The notes beneath the pieces were generated by a model. The model saw nothing but the letters and a program-made list of their open reading frames with translations, was not told where the DNA came from and did not search any database. Below, piece after piece: positions 1 through 13,744 of a stretch of DNA of 64,000 nt. The translations under genes and the position numbers were made by a program. The DNA comes from Yuukianura sp. NJ FZ-2021 (Eukaryota), in the NCBI GenBank assembly GCA_046563655.1, contig CM102288.1, positions 2,108,001 through 2,172,000 on the forward strand. The letters are read 5' to 3'. How positions within the stretch are numbered: position 1 is the first letter of the stretch; every line of letters begins with the position of its first letter.

Positions 1-257
1 AAAGTTTAACACAACTGGCCTAGTTTCGTTGAAAAATCTTGAAAATAGGATGACAGAAGAACATAAAGACTATAGTAAAAAGTGCAATATCTTTACAATT
101 GTGTAATCTAAGAGATCCCATGAAATTCAGGTTTCTTTGTCTATGTTTTAGTTCGTTTCCCACGTCTTCGAGATTCAGGAATGTTTGGTGATTGCACACT
201 CCGGACTTAGCGCTGCCTCAATGACGACAGTGACAATCACCGGAGGGTCCAGCCTTT

Positions 258-1380
258 TCAGTTGCTGGTGATTCCTTCGGAGGATGACCTTTAGTTGACA
301 CGATCATCGACGGTGGAGCGATGTATGACTTCCAGAAGAATTGTGCGAAGAGTATAAAGTACGTAACGTACATTCCAAGTGCCAACTGCACGTTCCAAGG
401 GTCCCGTTCACAGTCGCCACCTTTCTCTGTTCACGTTCCAGACAAAAGCTTAGATTACGTCAATATTTGATGTACTTGGAGAACTTACGCAATACTGCCA
501 TTGAGTATACGTTGGCTGCAATGCCAATGACCATTTGCACCATTTGGACGGAGGTGACGAAAGCAGCTAGAGTCCGTGGGAGTCGATATCTCAAGGCCTG
601 GAATTCCAGTACAAAAGGTAAACTCATGAACGTTTTCAAAACGTCGGAGTAACGTTGTGTAAGTTAATTTACCTTAAATGCGTAGTAGGTGTAGAGCAGT
701 ACATGCACTAGGTAGTTGAGTGACATGAAGAGTCTGTGACTCGGGTCATGTGACTTGTACGTGTACCAAGTGTACATGAGCACTGGACAATATCCATAAA
801 TTATGAAACCATTAGAGTTAATTGGCTATAATTTGATTTTTGTTGATTACTTACCTGTAGCATGATGATACCAATGAAGAAAGATGAGAGGCCGTTTCCT
901 GAGAACGATGAATGCAGTGTCCCCCAACTCAACTACTTTGGACATGATTCCAATGAGTTCCCAAAGGGCCGTGCCCTGACTGAAGTGTTTCCTGGAGCAT
1001 ATGGAGCCATGCAGTCCATTCGGTGTGTGAACCCAAAGATCCCACAGTTCTGGAATGGTCCGTCTGAAAGCCAAGGCTGAGAACATTGCCAGCCCAATGT
1101 TCCAGGCCACCAAGAGTCCTTGAACTTGAAACGGCGGCCGGTCCTTCATCCACCGTCGTCCCTTGAGAATCAGTGTCACGTAGATGATAACTATTTGAAA
1201 CAATTCCACTGTTAGTCAATTAACTTAAGTTAATCAATTGCTTTCTTTTTGATTACCGATTGACAGGCAGAGGCCCCAGTAGTCGCTCATGAGGACTCGC
1301 CATTTTCCAAAGTCAAAGTCCCTTTCGAACCGGTAGAGACGAATGTAGTGCGGATTCCGCAACGGAAGTGGTTCGCGCAT
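258..1380 (-). CDS. ELOVL6: Fatty acid elongase, ELOVL6/baldspot-like (5 exons)
   Basis: KVVELGDTAFIVLRKRPLIFLHWYHH histidine box; TSVQMVQM motif; ATG 1380, GT-AG introns, stop TGA 258-260. Confidence 0.9.
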
Positions 1381-2740
1381 TGTTGATGATTTCCAGAATT
1401 CGTTTCGAAAACGTTTTCTTTCTGTTTTTTAGAAATTCGTAATTTGAAACCCTTGCTCTGGATCAAGGTTTGTTGATTTTAGTTTTAGAAGAGTAACTTT
1501 TCGTTGTCAAGGAACCTTGCTCTGGTTTGTCCAGAGTCTGTAGCCGGACTGAAACTCTTTTTCGGTTTTTGCAAGAAAGTGGAGTGAAAGTGAAGCAAAT
1601 CCTTTCACTTCTGCTTTCGTCCTAGAGGTTTGCCGATTATGGACTCTGGGTCTGGAAGCTTTATATCCAACCGCCACGTCATGAACCATTTCAGCACTCT
1701 TTTTCCTAAAACATAAAAGGATCCAGCCCAGAAATGTTAAAATATTCATGACATTGACTCTTTATTTGCCAGTGGAGATCAATACTGCCAAATAACTTAA
1801 ACTATTTCCCCCTTTATTCCTGTTTTTGTTTTTTCAAAACCAAAAATAACATAGAAAAGGCAAACTTAGAAAACTGGAACCCACAATTTTGTTATTTTTG
1901 GTTTGAAAAGCTAAAACTTTCCTTTCCAGTCCAGAAATCAATAATTTCCAAGCCCATGTTCTTTTTTGATGCTCCGCATCCAGAAATATCTGAAAGACGC
2001 GTGCGAATTTTTACATACGTTTGTATACGTAATAGGCGAGAGAAAAGTTTTTAAAAAAAAACCATTATGAAAAATTAACTACGGAATACCGACTTGCGAT
2101 AGAAATCGTTTTCCTGTGTCAATTATTTTAATGAAGGCGTAAGAAAATTTTCGTGACGCTGATTCGTCCTTTTTCAACCAATGAGAACTCTTTCTTACGT
2201 CCGTTGGGCATAAAAACTGGTTTATGAAGATTCTTAACTCTTTTTAGGTATAAAATTGGACCGGATGGATGAATCAACTGCAGTAGAGTGATGATGACAG
2301 AAGCTACTGAAAGTTCTCGTCACAGTCTTCATAATACTTGGAAGTACTTTGATGATTTCGACTTTGCCAAAGCATTTGAACAGTGAGTCCCAGTTTCTTA
2401 CTAACACACGAACCAAAACGTGCTCATTGACACGTTATGAGGTGTGTGAAAAGTTTTAGTAAGTCCTACAGTTTTTTTGCATGACTTGAGTTGATTCTTG
2501 ACTGTAAAAAGTGTTTGTTGTTGAAATTTTGTAGGACAACGTCCTGCACCTCTTCATTCCATTTGAGTCTGTACTTGATTCACCTCGGGGGAAATCAGCA
2601 TCTCAGGTGAAGGAAGTACACACATCCGTCCAAAGTTGTTTGGTCACAAGACTGAAGAAGTGCAAATTTGACCCAGTTTTGACCATTCTAGAAAGATTCA
2701 GCAGCTCCAGTGACCTGCGCAGTTGGAATTATTCGGAAAG

Positions 2741-4765
2741 ATGATGCCTCTGCCTGATTGGCTGAAAACGGTGCTTGGCCTTTACGAGCCGGCGCTCCAA
2801 ATACATGCTGTCCTCTGGGTGACGTTTCTAGTCTGCCGCTTCAGTAATGTCAAAGTGCCTGGACTACTGTTAATTCTGGACGTTTGTATACACAATTGGA
2901 CAGCAGTTCTGTGCATTCCGGTGTATATTGTGGGATTTCCAATTTTCTATTCTCTAAGATTCGCCATCAACACTTACCTCAAATGGGAGTCAAATGGAAA
3001 AGTTTCGCTGATGCCAGGTTAGAATTCGCCAAAATTTTGAAATACATTTTTTCAAAATTTCGATTTTTGATTTTGGTTTTTGTAGGAAGTGACGCTATTT
3101 GGGGCGTTGAATCTTACGCAAACGCGTGTAACTTCACATCTTTGTACGTTATTGAAGGAATTTGTGATCCAGTTAAAATTAGAAAGAAACTGCTGGAGGA
3201 ATTGGTAGAGCTGGAAGTAAACGGAGAAAAAGTTTATGAAAAACTGAAATGGCGGGCAGGTTCCAGACTTGGTTATCCTGTTTGGGAACGCGTTGAAGAA
3301 ACGTTTGATATGAGCCAACACGTTCTTTTGCTCAACCAATGGAAAAAAGACGGCAGAATGCGATACACTGAAGACGAAGTGTTTGAAGAAATCTCCAGTT
3401 TCTTTGACTATCCTCTTCCAAAGGTGAGAATTATTTAATTAACAACACAATAAATTAAAACAAACTAATTTAATGCCATGATTAATTTATTGTTGGTTAC
3501 AGGACAAGCCGCAGTGGGAAATTTTCATAGTGCCAGAATACGTCTACAACGATTCCAGTATAAACCAGAAAAGTCATTACGCTTTAATTTTTAGGTAAGT
3601 TTGACTAAATTTTCAAACCATTTTTCGAAAAATTATTGGTTTTTAACTGTTTTTGTAAAAACGTTTTGTAAACGTTTTTGGATTTTTAGAGTTCATCACA
3701 GTATTATGGACGGTGTCAGTGCTGGATTTGCTCTACAAAACGCCATCTCCGATACTCCGCCGAAACCCACCGTCAATCCTCTTGCACCACTCAAGTTAAC
3801 ATGGATTGAGCGCTGCATGGGCTACATTTCCATTTTGGTGTTCGGTCTGCGTGGAGCCGTCAGATCTTTTACACTGGCCGAACGAAACTGTTTCCATGGA
3901 CCGAAGTTGACAGGACCAAAAACCCTGGGATGGTCAAGGCCAGTCAAATTAGACAGTCTCAAAACAATGAAAAATGTTACAAAGTCATCCACCACTGCAG
4001 TACTCATGGCAGCCCTTGGAGCATCTCTAAGGAATTTAGCAATTCAGAAGAAATTGAAATTTCCCGCCAAAATTCACTCGTCCCTCACAGTGGCCATTTT
4101 GCCTTATCCAAACATGAAACCTCAAAATCGCTTCACCGTGGTTCTTTTTCCACTGAATTTGGCCTTGTCTTCTACAGTGGACAGGATCAAGGCCACTTAT
4201 AAAGCAGGACAGCGACTCGCGAGGTCATCTGAAGCGATTGTCAACTTTTACTTTTTTAGATTGTAAGTCGTTTGGAAACTTTTTCGAAAATCTGTGCCGA
4301 CAATTCAGGATTTGACCTAAAGATGCGCGCTTTCAATTGCTTTTAGACTTGGACAAACTTGCAACGCGTTTTGTCGCCAGTTCAATAAGCTACTGCATTC
4401 TACAATGCTGCTGTCCAACGTGCCTGGACCAGCGGAAACAGTGACTCTGTTTGGCGGTGATCCTCTTGTCGATGTAACATTTTGGACACCACTTCGAAAT
4501 TGCATTGGTAGGAAACCAACAGTTGCAACTACAAATTACAAGTTAGTGCATTTACAAGTTTTGTGAACTTATTTTTTTGAAAAATATTTAAGGATTGTCT
4601 ATGAGCTTGTTCAGTTATGCTGGAAAAGTTCGAGTTGCGATGGTCAGTGATTCGGCAGTATTTCCAGACTCCGGTGACGTTCCTACGCTGATTTCAGAAT
4701 TTGAAAAGGAAATTGTGCGAACTGGAGTAATTGCTGGACTGGAGGCACAAGATTGTTTTGAATGA
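2741..4765 (+). CDS. WS/DGAT-family O-acyltransferase (wax ester synthase-like), copy 1
   Basis: Catalytic HHSIMDG (HHxxxDG) motif, C-terminal SNVPGP and SLFSYAGKV motifs, N-terminal hydrophobic segment, multi-exon. Confidence 0.85.
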
Positions 4766-5061
4766 ATTTTAAAAAATTGGGAATATTAAGTTTTTTATAG
4801 GTACAACCAAACACGGTTTTATGTAACTCCAACTTTAGCACCGTGGAATAACGGTTTGAGTCATTACAAAGTCTCTCTGAGGCGGAACTTCATATACATT
4901 AATGGCTTAAAAGAGCTAGGCATATTTTTAAACAATATTACCAGTAATGTATTATTTATTACTATTTTAATTAATATATGAACAACGAAAAATCGTTTAT
5001 TTTACGTCTGGGTGAAAAAAAAGGTGTTGAACAATAGTAACTTATTGTGACAATTTGAAAC

Positions 5062-5200
5062 GTTAGATTGGGGCACTGTGCGACGTACGAACTTCGTTAT
5101 ACTAATTTTAAAAGTCAGGTTGGGGCAATGTGAGACGTACGAAAGTTATTCTTACAATTTCAAAGTTAATTGGGGCACTATGAGACGTACGAAATTCGTT
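5062..5200. repeat. Three degenerate ~50-bp tandem units (TTGGGGCAcTgTGaGACGTACGAA core)
   Basis: Core visible near 5068, 5119 and 5169. Confidence 0.8.
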
Positions 5201-5562
5201 TGAAGTTGAAGCGGGAAACTGCTGATCACAACAATAGAGCAATTAACTTTTTCTCCATTCTCCTTGGGCTTTTACAAATTGCAATTACCGGCGTTTGGTT
5301 TAATTAATTAATTATTAATTGTGTTTGCAATTACTTAGCTTCACTTGTCAGAGTCTACTGGTGAGCGTGACGAGCAGCATTAGTACCGGAATTGACCTGG
5401 ACGACTAATTTCCGGAGGAAGTAAACGTTCACGACAGATTTTTAGATTGAACCAGATTGAACTGATTTTTGTGATTTATGTAATTACAGTTTTTTTTTCT
5501 TTTTTTTGTTAGATTACAAGTCAGAAGGAGGAAGACACGTTCAAATTACTTTACTAGAAAAT

Positions 5563-5844
5563 ATGTCGTTCCGTCAGCTTGCAAAGAAGATGAAAGTGGT
5601 TGAGTATGGACTACCTTTCCTGTTGCTGGTAGTCGGAGGTTCGTTTGGAATGAAACATTTCTCTCAAGTACGCTATGACCATCGAAGGAACAAATTACTT
5701 CCAATGGAACTAGAAGAAGCTGGGATTAAAATGAAGAAACCTGGTGAAGTGACCCTGGAAGCTGAATTTGAAAAACTCCAGAAGACGGATATTGACAATT
5801 GGGAAAACATTCGGGGACCCAGGCCTTGGGAAGAGAAAATCTAA
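5563..5844 (+). CDS. COX16: Cytochrome c oxidase assembly protein COX16
   Basis: YGLPFLLLVVGGSFG TM segment and C-terminal DNWENIRGPRPWEE signature. Confidence 0.93.
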   Translation: MSFRQLAKKMKVVEYGLPFLLLVVGGSFGMKHFSQVRYDHRRNKLLPMELEEAGIKMKKPGEVTLEAEFEKLQKTDIDNWENIRGPRPWEEKI

Positions 5845-6255
5845 AAATGTCATCTTCTAAACGACTTTAGATTGTTTAGTCAAAGTTTTCGAGTTATCCG
5901 GAAAAAGTACTGTAAGTTTATACTTAAGGATATATGGAGTTACAATTCATAAAAATAACAATATCCATATGAATGAAATACTCTGAATTTTATATTTTTC
6001 ATTTCAGTACTTTCTGTTTAACGTACTTACGATTAGTGAATATTTTTTATCACATGAAGAGAAACGTTTCAGTTTCGCTTCTGTTTTTAACTTGAGCTGG
6101 AACTTGGAAGACAGAATCGCGTTCGTCTATCCTTCAAAGATACTTCTAAAGTATTTGGCGCATCCGGGGTGATAATGAGGTTTCGATTCCTAGGTTGTGT
6201 TAAGGGGTTGAGCATTTTGACAATTGAGTTATGGACGTTGAACTTGCATTATCAT

Positions 6256-8249
6256 TTAAACAGTAACTTCTTTCCGTAGAATGTCCAGTTCCATGGAAAT
6301 CTTGTCCACTAGGGCTCGCACTGGGACTGTTGAAGGTACGATCGCCTCATCCAGTCTATTCAATTGTCAATACAAATTTTACATAAATTTTTAACTATAA
6401 TGTTTTGTTTTAGAGTTACCCAGCAGCGATTCGTATATATCCATTGTAACTAATTGAGGCAAGTCCAAGTCCAATGTTTCCTGGCAGCATACCACCAGTG
6501 AATATCATGTCTTTGACAGGAATACCACAGTAGTAAACCAAGTCTGGCGGACCACTGTCAACAATTTTTCCAAAACAATCATTCTTTGTAGATTAGTCAT
6601 TATAATTGCTATTACTTGCGACATTGCAGTTCTTACGGAAAGTTTGACATAAGAGCAGTCACAAAACACTGACGAGCAAATATTTGTGTCAGACACGGAA
6701 ACAGTCCACCTATAAACGGAATCATGTAGAACAGGAATATTGGAAGTGTGTTGCTCCGAAGTTCATGAAGATGCTTGTCAATTGCTCGAAGACGTTCAAT
6801 TGGATCGGAAATTCCAACTGGAAGGGTGACCCAGCACAGAGTCCTGGAACACCCGAGGTCAAAGGTCAGTAAAAACGTTATCAAATCGAAATCAATTCAA
6901 TAGTTTTGCAACTTAAACTTACATGAAATTTCTCATTTTCTCAGGATGACCAACCATTGGAAGTGGACAGACACAGTGGATTTTCTTTGGCACTTTGACC
7001 TTTTGTTCTAGCATGAAGTGCCGGACACCACCGGAGAATGCTGCCAGCAGTACGGAAGTAAACGTCACATCAGCAATATTTTTAATTTCTTTGATGTAGT
7101 CTACTGAAATCTTCTCCAGAACGGCTCCATTGACCTTGCGTGACAGTTGTGTTTCAGAAATGTGCCAATCGTTGATGTCGTATGCCATTATGGTCTTGAT
7201 GGCTTGGTATGGAGCCATACACACCATTCCCATTAAGTCCAGAATACGACGACATCCTTGATTTGGAGTGTAGTTGGGGGTCAGGGGCATAATTCGTCCT
7301 TCAGAAGTAATCAACTCTCCTACTAATTTTAGAATACTGAATCCATCTGCAATCTAAAATGACATTTAATTATTAATTGATGACAGGACACGAGGCTGCG
7401 GAACTTGCTGGACAGGGTGCCGACGTTTGCTATACGTTTTGGGTAAACGAACGTTGAAAAAACGTTCAGAAAAACAATTCTCGATCCATTTTTTTTCGGA
7501 TTTTCACAGGGTATTCGTGACACCAATTGATGAGAACCTTTTCATAAGGTACTTCGCACCATATTTCCTGGAATGTTTCCAGGAATTTCCCACTGAAATT
7601 CGAAAAGTGCGGGAAATCACGAAACCAAATTCAAACTTACCGCGTGATGAATTTTTAGACAAACCGCCGTCGCTTGGTTTTCTCCATTTTCGTCCACCGT
7701 GTTTGGAAATAGCAGGAATTCCCAAGGACTCCTGTACTTGATGAAGGGCTTGGAGACAAGTTCATTGGCGATTTTGTACAGAAGAGGTTCGTTGTACTGC
7801 GTAGCCCTTAAGGGCCCATCATACACTTTGGCATGATGAGAAATATCAAAATGTTCATCTTTCTTCCAGAAATAGAAGCCCATCCACCGTGACACATATT
7901 GACGCAGTTCTGGTCTCCTTTTGACTCCATTTTCATCTACGGCGTCAACCAACCTGGCTTGAATGAAACTTCGACCTTGTTCCACCTCAACTACTCCGTC
8001 TAGGATCATGAAAACGAGCAAGGGGGCCCTTGGCCTTTTATAAAGGTCATCCACAGCAAAGATGGAACTTCTTGTAGACAGGATTTTACAAAGGTCAGGT
8101 CTAACGTACTTCCCGATGACTGATATAAAGTATCTGTAGATATAAATTGGAATGCATAGTGTTATTAATATAAATATTGTTGGCACAAACAGAATCGTCA
8201 GGATGATGGCCACAATTTCCCGAAGGACTTTCCACACGAGGCGGCACAT
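6256..8249 (-). CDS. WS/DGAT-family O-acyltransferase, copy 2
   Basis: HHA|IADG motif joined across an intron, RSPWE, SNFPGP and SYNG motifs; stop TAA 6256-6258. Confidence 0.85.
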
Positions 8250-10789
8250 CCTCCTTGACGACGCAGAGGTCACGAGGTCACTGGAATTTTAGCACGGGGT
8301 CAATCATGTCACAACAAAACAGCGTCAAGGCATAGAGGACAGCTTAACTTTGTAAGTTCTTCGGAAATTTTTTCAATTTTGAAAAGAATTTTTTCAAAAA
8401 ATTCTTTTCTTTGTAACTGCGAAATGTCGATGGATTGACTGCTCAATCGTCTTGTTGTTCACAGGTCGATGACGATACACTTTCTGCAACGTCTTCACTC
8501 CAAGTGACTCTGATTTGCAGTATTTCCGTTTTTGCGAAAAAGTATTCTTTTCGCACAAGGCTTATACTTCATTAGGTTTTGTTACAAAGTGGATCAAGGT
8601 AACAGAAATTATGAAAAAAGTTTTCAAAGCCCTGTGGGAAAATATTTGAAGAAGTTGCAGACAAAACGTTAAAAAAAGTATGTTTCTCCCTCAAATGTGA
8701 ATTTTGAGTAGGTGAAAGGAAAAGGACTTAAGATGTTAAGGCTTAATTGGCTTTAAAAGAACGACATACAATACTTGTAGTAAAACTTAAATTGTATTTG
8801 AGCATCCCATTCAACTCAAATCGTAAAATCTTCGTCGTTTTACTAGGCTGAAATGTTTCAAATTTTTTATACCCATAGGCTAACCCAAACTTATTAATTT
8901 AAGTGTTAATTACTTTATCTTTGTCTTTCTTAATTAACTCTGCTGCGAATTTCAAAATTTGACGTGTCCCATTTTTCGTTTTTTTTTTTGTATGCCGAAG
9001 TTTTTATTGAACTTAAAGTTAGTAAAATTATAAAAAGTAATAATACTTAAAATATTATTAAAGTAATTTCATTGGAAGCGTCTCCAGTGAGAATTTGAGT
9101 TTTAATTGATTAAAAAAATTGATTTAGAAAAAATCAAATTTGCGAGTCCTTGGCTGAACGTTTCACAAGGAAGTTGGAAAAAGGCGGAGCCAGTTTTGCA
9201 CGACATGGAAAAACCCGAAGTGTGTTCAGCTAGCGCTAAAACGCTTTTTGACGTAAACTAAATCAGAAAAAAAGTCAACCATAATTAACTAATGATTGCA
9301 GTTATTTAATTTTGAAATTTAAGAAAATGGGTTGAACTTACCCAGTGAATTCCATGATCGTAAGTTTTTTAAGTCCTCGTTATAAATCTGAGTATTGTAA
9401 CTGGTGCTGAGAGAATTACGAAACCAGGGAACAGCAACACCGTAGCAGCAACTACTACCAGGTTAATTACTTTCGTAACTGGAGTCAGTGGATTCATTTT
9501 GGAAATTTCGAAAATTTCAAGTTTCGAAAAACTTTTCACTTTTTCTATTTTTTGCGTCTTGGAGTTAGGATGAGTGGATCTCTATTGTTTTCTTGCAAAA
9601 ACTTTGTGGTTGGTGCAATAAGTTTTGGCAGGGGATTAAATAGGTCCTGGACAATTAAGTCCCGTGTGAAACTTTTTTGCGTAGGAAAATTTCAGTAGGC
9701 CACGCCCAGGCCAAGTGTTGTGGTAAATTTACCAGGATAACAACGCATCTTGAACTGCTTGCAAAAATATTTGATGCGTACTTTTTGCAATATACTGCTA
9801 GAAAAGTAGGACATGCATACTATAGTATTAAAATGCACAAGCTAAAACATATTGGTCATTGGGTTATATCCAGGAATTTGTGTGTCAAGGTCGCCCCTGC
9901 TACTATTGTACTATTTAGTAACTTCGTAAATTTTTCCTACACGTGTAGAACAAAACAACTTTGTTTTCGACATAAAGACTTACTTAAGAGGAAAAACTGC
10001 GTTTTGGCAAAGTGCATCTTCTGTTTTAGCATGTACTGTACATAGTAAGTGCGAACTTCACTAAAAGTGTGAAGTGGTTCACACCCACTGGACCAGGCCT
10101 CCAGAATGGACCAATCAGAAAGCTCCATTTTTGGCAACCTCCTGCTGACACTGACTAGAGTATCACTGACACTGACATTATAACATTAATTAGCATGACG
10201 TCAATGGAGGATCCCATGGAACAAAAGCTAAGACGCACTTAATTTTAATGTTGATTGTGAACTTGATTTAAGTTTGATTAATGTTGGGATTCATTTTTGC
10301 ACATACATTGAAGTTATGTTGAAAGAAGGAGCATTGTGACTGAGAATGAGAACAGGGGAACCTTCAGAAAGTGTCGATTACAACACATTAGTTAGTAAAA
10401 AGTGTTGCTTTTGATTAATTAACGTGTATTTAAGTTGCATAAACTTGATCTTTAAAATCGAATTTTCTGAATGAGACTCGTTGTTTTGATTTAAGAGTCG
10501 AATGTTTTTATTGTTTCGTTAAGGTTGTTTCTTTAGTAAGTTAAAAGCAAGGATGAAATCAAGCAGAAATTAATAGAAATGAAAAATTTTGGACAAGGGA
10601 AAAAAATTATTATTTTTCGAGTTTTTTGAAATAGGCATGCCTAATTTGTGGAGAAATGAATTGGTGTTGTGTTGTGATGAGCCCAGTAAAAGTATTGAGC
10701 AAAGGAAGGACATACTTGAGAAATGTTGAGTTTAGTAACCATCGTAAGGGACAGCAAGATGAAAAGGCACTCACATCGGAGATTATTGT

Positions 10790-11430
10790 TTATGACGAAG
10801 GGCGTTTTTCAGCATGTTTCTTCGTAAAGGACTCTGCTGCTTTCACGAACTTGGATCGATTCTGAAACAAAACGTTGGCTTTAGTATAAACTTTTGCTAA
10901 TAGTTTCGTAGAACTTGATTTATTAGTGTAAGTTGGATACCTTAGAAAACTCTTCGGCTATTTCAGCTCGAAGGGCATGATCAATTTCAGGAAAATTGAC
11001 GAGTTTAACGAGATCACTGAGGACATTTGCTGCCTTCGTAGCTGGTTTCCAGTTTTCTGGATTAATCACCGTAAGGCAAACAGTTCCCTTTTCATCAATG
11101 TTCGGATGGTAAATTGGAGTCTTGAATACGACTGACGGTGGCTTGAAGGGATACTGATCTGGAAATGTAATTTGAATCCGGAAGGCTCCAGAGTTGTAAG
11201 GAGCTTCAGTCGGCACAATTAAGCACTCCCACAGAAGCACATTGGATTCCTCAACTTTGAATCCATGAATCCCCGGAAGTTTTGCTCCTTTAATGTCCAT
11301 AATTTCCTGGAATACATTGACAACGATCAGTGTCAAACAACTTATATTGTAGCTTTGGCCCAACACGTAGCAGGCTTACCTTCTGAAGGCGGCGAACAGC
11401 AGAAGATGTAGTGCCTCCAGTTGTAGCCAT
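10790..11430 (-). CDS. UBE2L3: Ubiquitin-conjugating enzyme E2 L3 (UbcH7-like), 3 exons
   Basis: YPFKPP, HPNIDEKGTVCL (catalytic Cys), ENWKPATK, C-terminal FTKKHAEKRP. Confidence 0.9.
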
Positions 11431-13744
11431 TTTGATATTGCAATTCCAAACGTTTACTCGATCAAGAAACAACTGGACGTTCCAACTTCGATACTTGAAG
11501 CTCCAACTTGACGAAATTAGTATACTACGGTAGGGGTAGCTGAAAACACAAGACAAAGAACACAGATTAGTCAATTTCAATAACATTTGAGGACAAGACC
11601 GAATGTCGACTTCGCTTACTCATTGCTGCTCTCAGAAATCAAGCAATTACAAGTTACAACAATGGCTCAATTATAACGTTTATGATTTATGAATAAAACG
11701 TTTATGAATTTTTTAAATTGTTCTTGATCAGCTGTTGGTGGTTTGAAAAATAAAACAACCGCATACCGTACCCGCCCAAAAATGAAAGACAAAGAAGTTT
11801 CTTTTTCAATTTTGCCGCCAAATTCTTGAGGTCATTGACCACTGAAAGCGGTGTTTTTCAAATTCCCGCCCACAGGTAGCGCGGTAGTAGTTATCAAAAA
11901 ATAAATAAAAAGTAACAAACGTACAATTAATTAGCACTAGCAGTCAAAGTCAAATTAATTAAACTAGGTACTCGATTTGTTTTGGCATTGATAACTTGAC
12001 ATGAGCAATTAGACGAAATCAAGGTCCTACCAAGGCTAAGAACTGTCACAACTTCAGTAAGGTACGCTACAACTTATAGTTATTTCGTTAATTGACAGGT
12101 CAGATGATTATGATTGATTACTCATTACGTAAACGTAGGTAGAGACCTTACCCAGAGGAATATCCAGGAATCAATCACTACAAGTCTTTTACTGCTTGTT
12201 GTTCCAGTTCCAGCTCAAGATTTGAATACAAAGAGTCGCTATCCGTTCACGTCCAGTCACCCTGACAATCTTAAGGTCAGATTCGAACCCACCAAAATTA
12301 GGTATGAAAAACGGTAAACGGAACGGTACGCTGTTGAATTTTGATGTGTTCAAGTGGGATAAGGCAATAAGAACTTTTCTTTCTTCTTTCAGATGTTTTA
12401 AAAGGATTTCGAACGGAAAACGGACAAATAGAACTTGGTTTTCAGCTGTTTTTGGAATTTTGTGTGCCGTGACGTGACCGTCGGCCAGACACAAAAGAGC
12501 AGCAGGTTCTCATACAAGTATACATCTAGATAAAATCCTCAGCAAAATCATTCCAAACGTGGACCAAGTCCAAACCCAACCCCAACAACATCGACATCAA
12601 ATGTCAGCAGGTTTCGGAAATAACAGTTATCGTTTGCTATGGATTTTGTGTCCGTGCTGTAAGTTCTAGGATTTTATTTCCAATGACAAGTGATTCCAAC
12701 TGCTCTTTATGGTCAAAATATCATTAATTCATCCATTTATTGGTTCTTTAGCATCATAAATTACACCAGGAAGACGAAACATTTGAATCACTACTACTTT
12801 TAAGTTACACTCGCTGAATTATTTGCGCGCTCTAATTCTCATTTGATATTTGGAATTGGAACGTAGGAAATTGTGATCGGTTCAGGGGGGATTGTTAGCG
12901 TCATTTGGCAAAGTACTAATCCTGATCCTCCTAATTTTTAATTCATCATTTTCATAACCTTCCTTTTGTTTATTTACAGGTTGGCCTTGAACAACAAACA
13001 AGGACTTCTACTCGAATGCAGTGACCAAAACTTAGACTTAGACATCCAGCATTTCATCTTCATCTTAACCTCTGCGCCGTCTGCGGCCTAAACCACTACA
13101 CCTTCAAGATGTTATTCTTTGACGATTCAACTGTACACAGGTAAGTTCATCGTCACTCCACTAATCCTCCAATTCTAATATTTTCAAGTAGTAAGTTTAG
13201 ATATTTTAAAATGTGTACGCGTACTCGAATCAAATTGGATCTTTTAACTTTTTAGTACAATTCGCATATTGTGCTAAAACTACACAGCCGAGTTACTACA
13301 CTTAAATGATGAGATTGTAAAATTCGTTGTTTGCAATTGATCTTCACACTCATGAAAATGTGTTTATCACTATTTAGCGTCACTGTTTAACTTGAAACGC
13401 GACATCATAGAGATTAGCTCGCATACCGTAGCGTTTGTTCTTACGTAACCGTTGTATGTTGTACAATTTGATTATCCAAAGCCAAACCATAGTTATTTAC
13501 ACAATGGGAGAAAATGGACAATCCACAATTCAAAGTCCTTGGATTAACGAAACCACACTCGTCAGCTGCGGATTGTTTTTTAACTTGGTCTTAGTAAATC
13601 AGGGTGGGGTCAAACACAATTTAATTTTAACCACAAGACACAGTATACAGTTAGTGCATCGACGCGTGGATAGCCTTAATTGCCAAATATTTCCTGGTTA
13701 CGATTAATTTCAAGCATTTCCCGTCCGGACTTAACTTTTTAGCA

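Noticed and set aside
341..1080. Plus-strand ORFs over ELOVL, and similar antisense ORFs over MTR4, ACLY and the integrins
   Set aside because: Antisense shadows of real exons
5062..5200. Repeat-spacer pattern reminiscent of a CRISPR array
   Set aside because: Eukaryotic context, degenerate repeats, mutually similar spacers, no cas genes
9677..10137. Overlapping 122-aa and 66-aa ORFs
   Set aside because: Non-ATG starts, no motifs or exon structure; probably intergenic or repeat DNA
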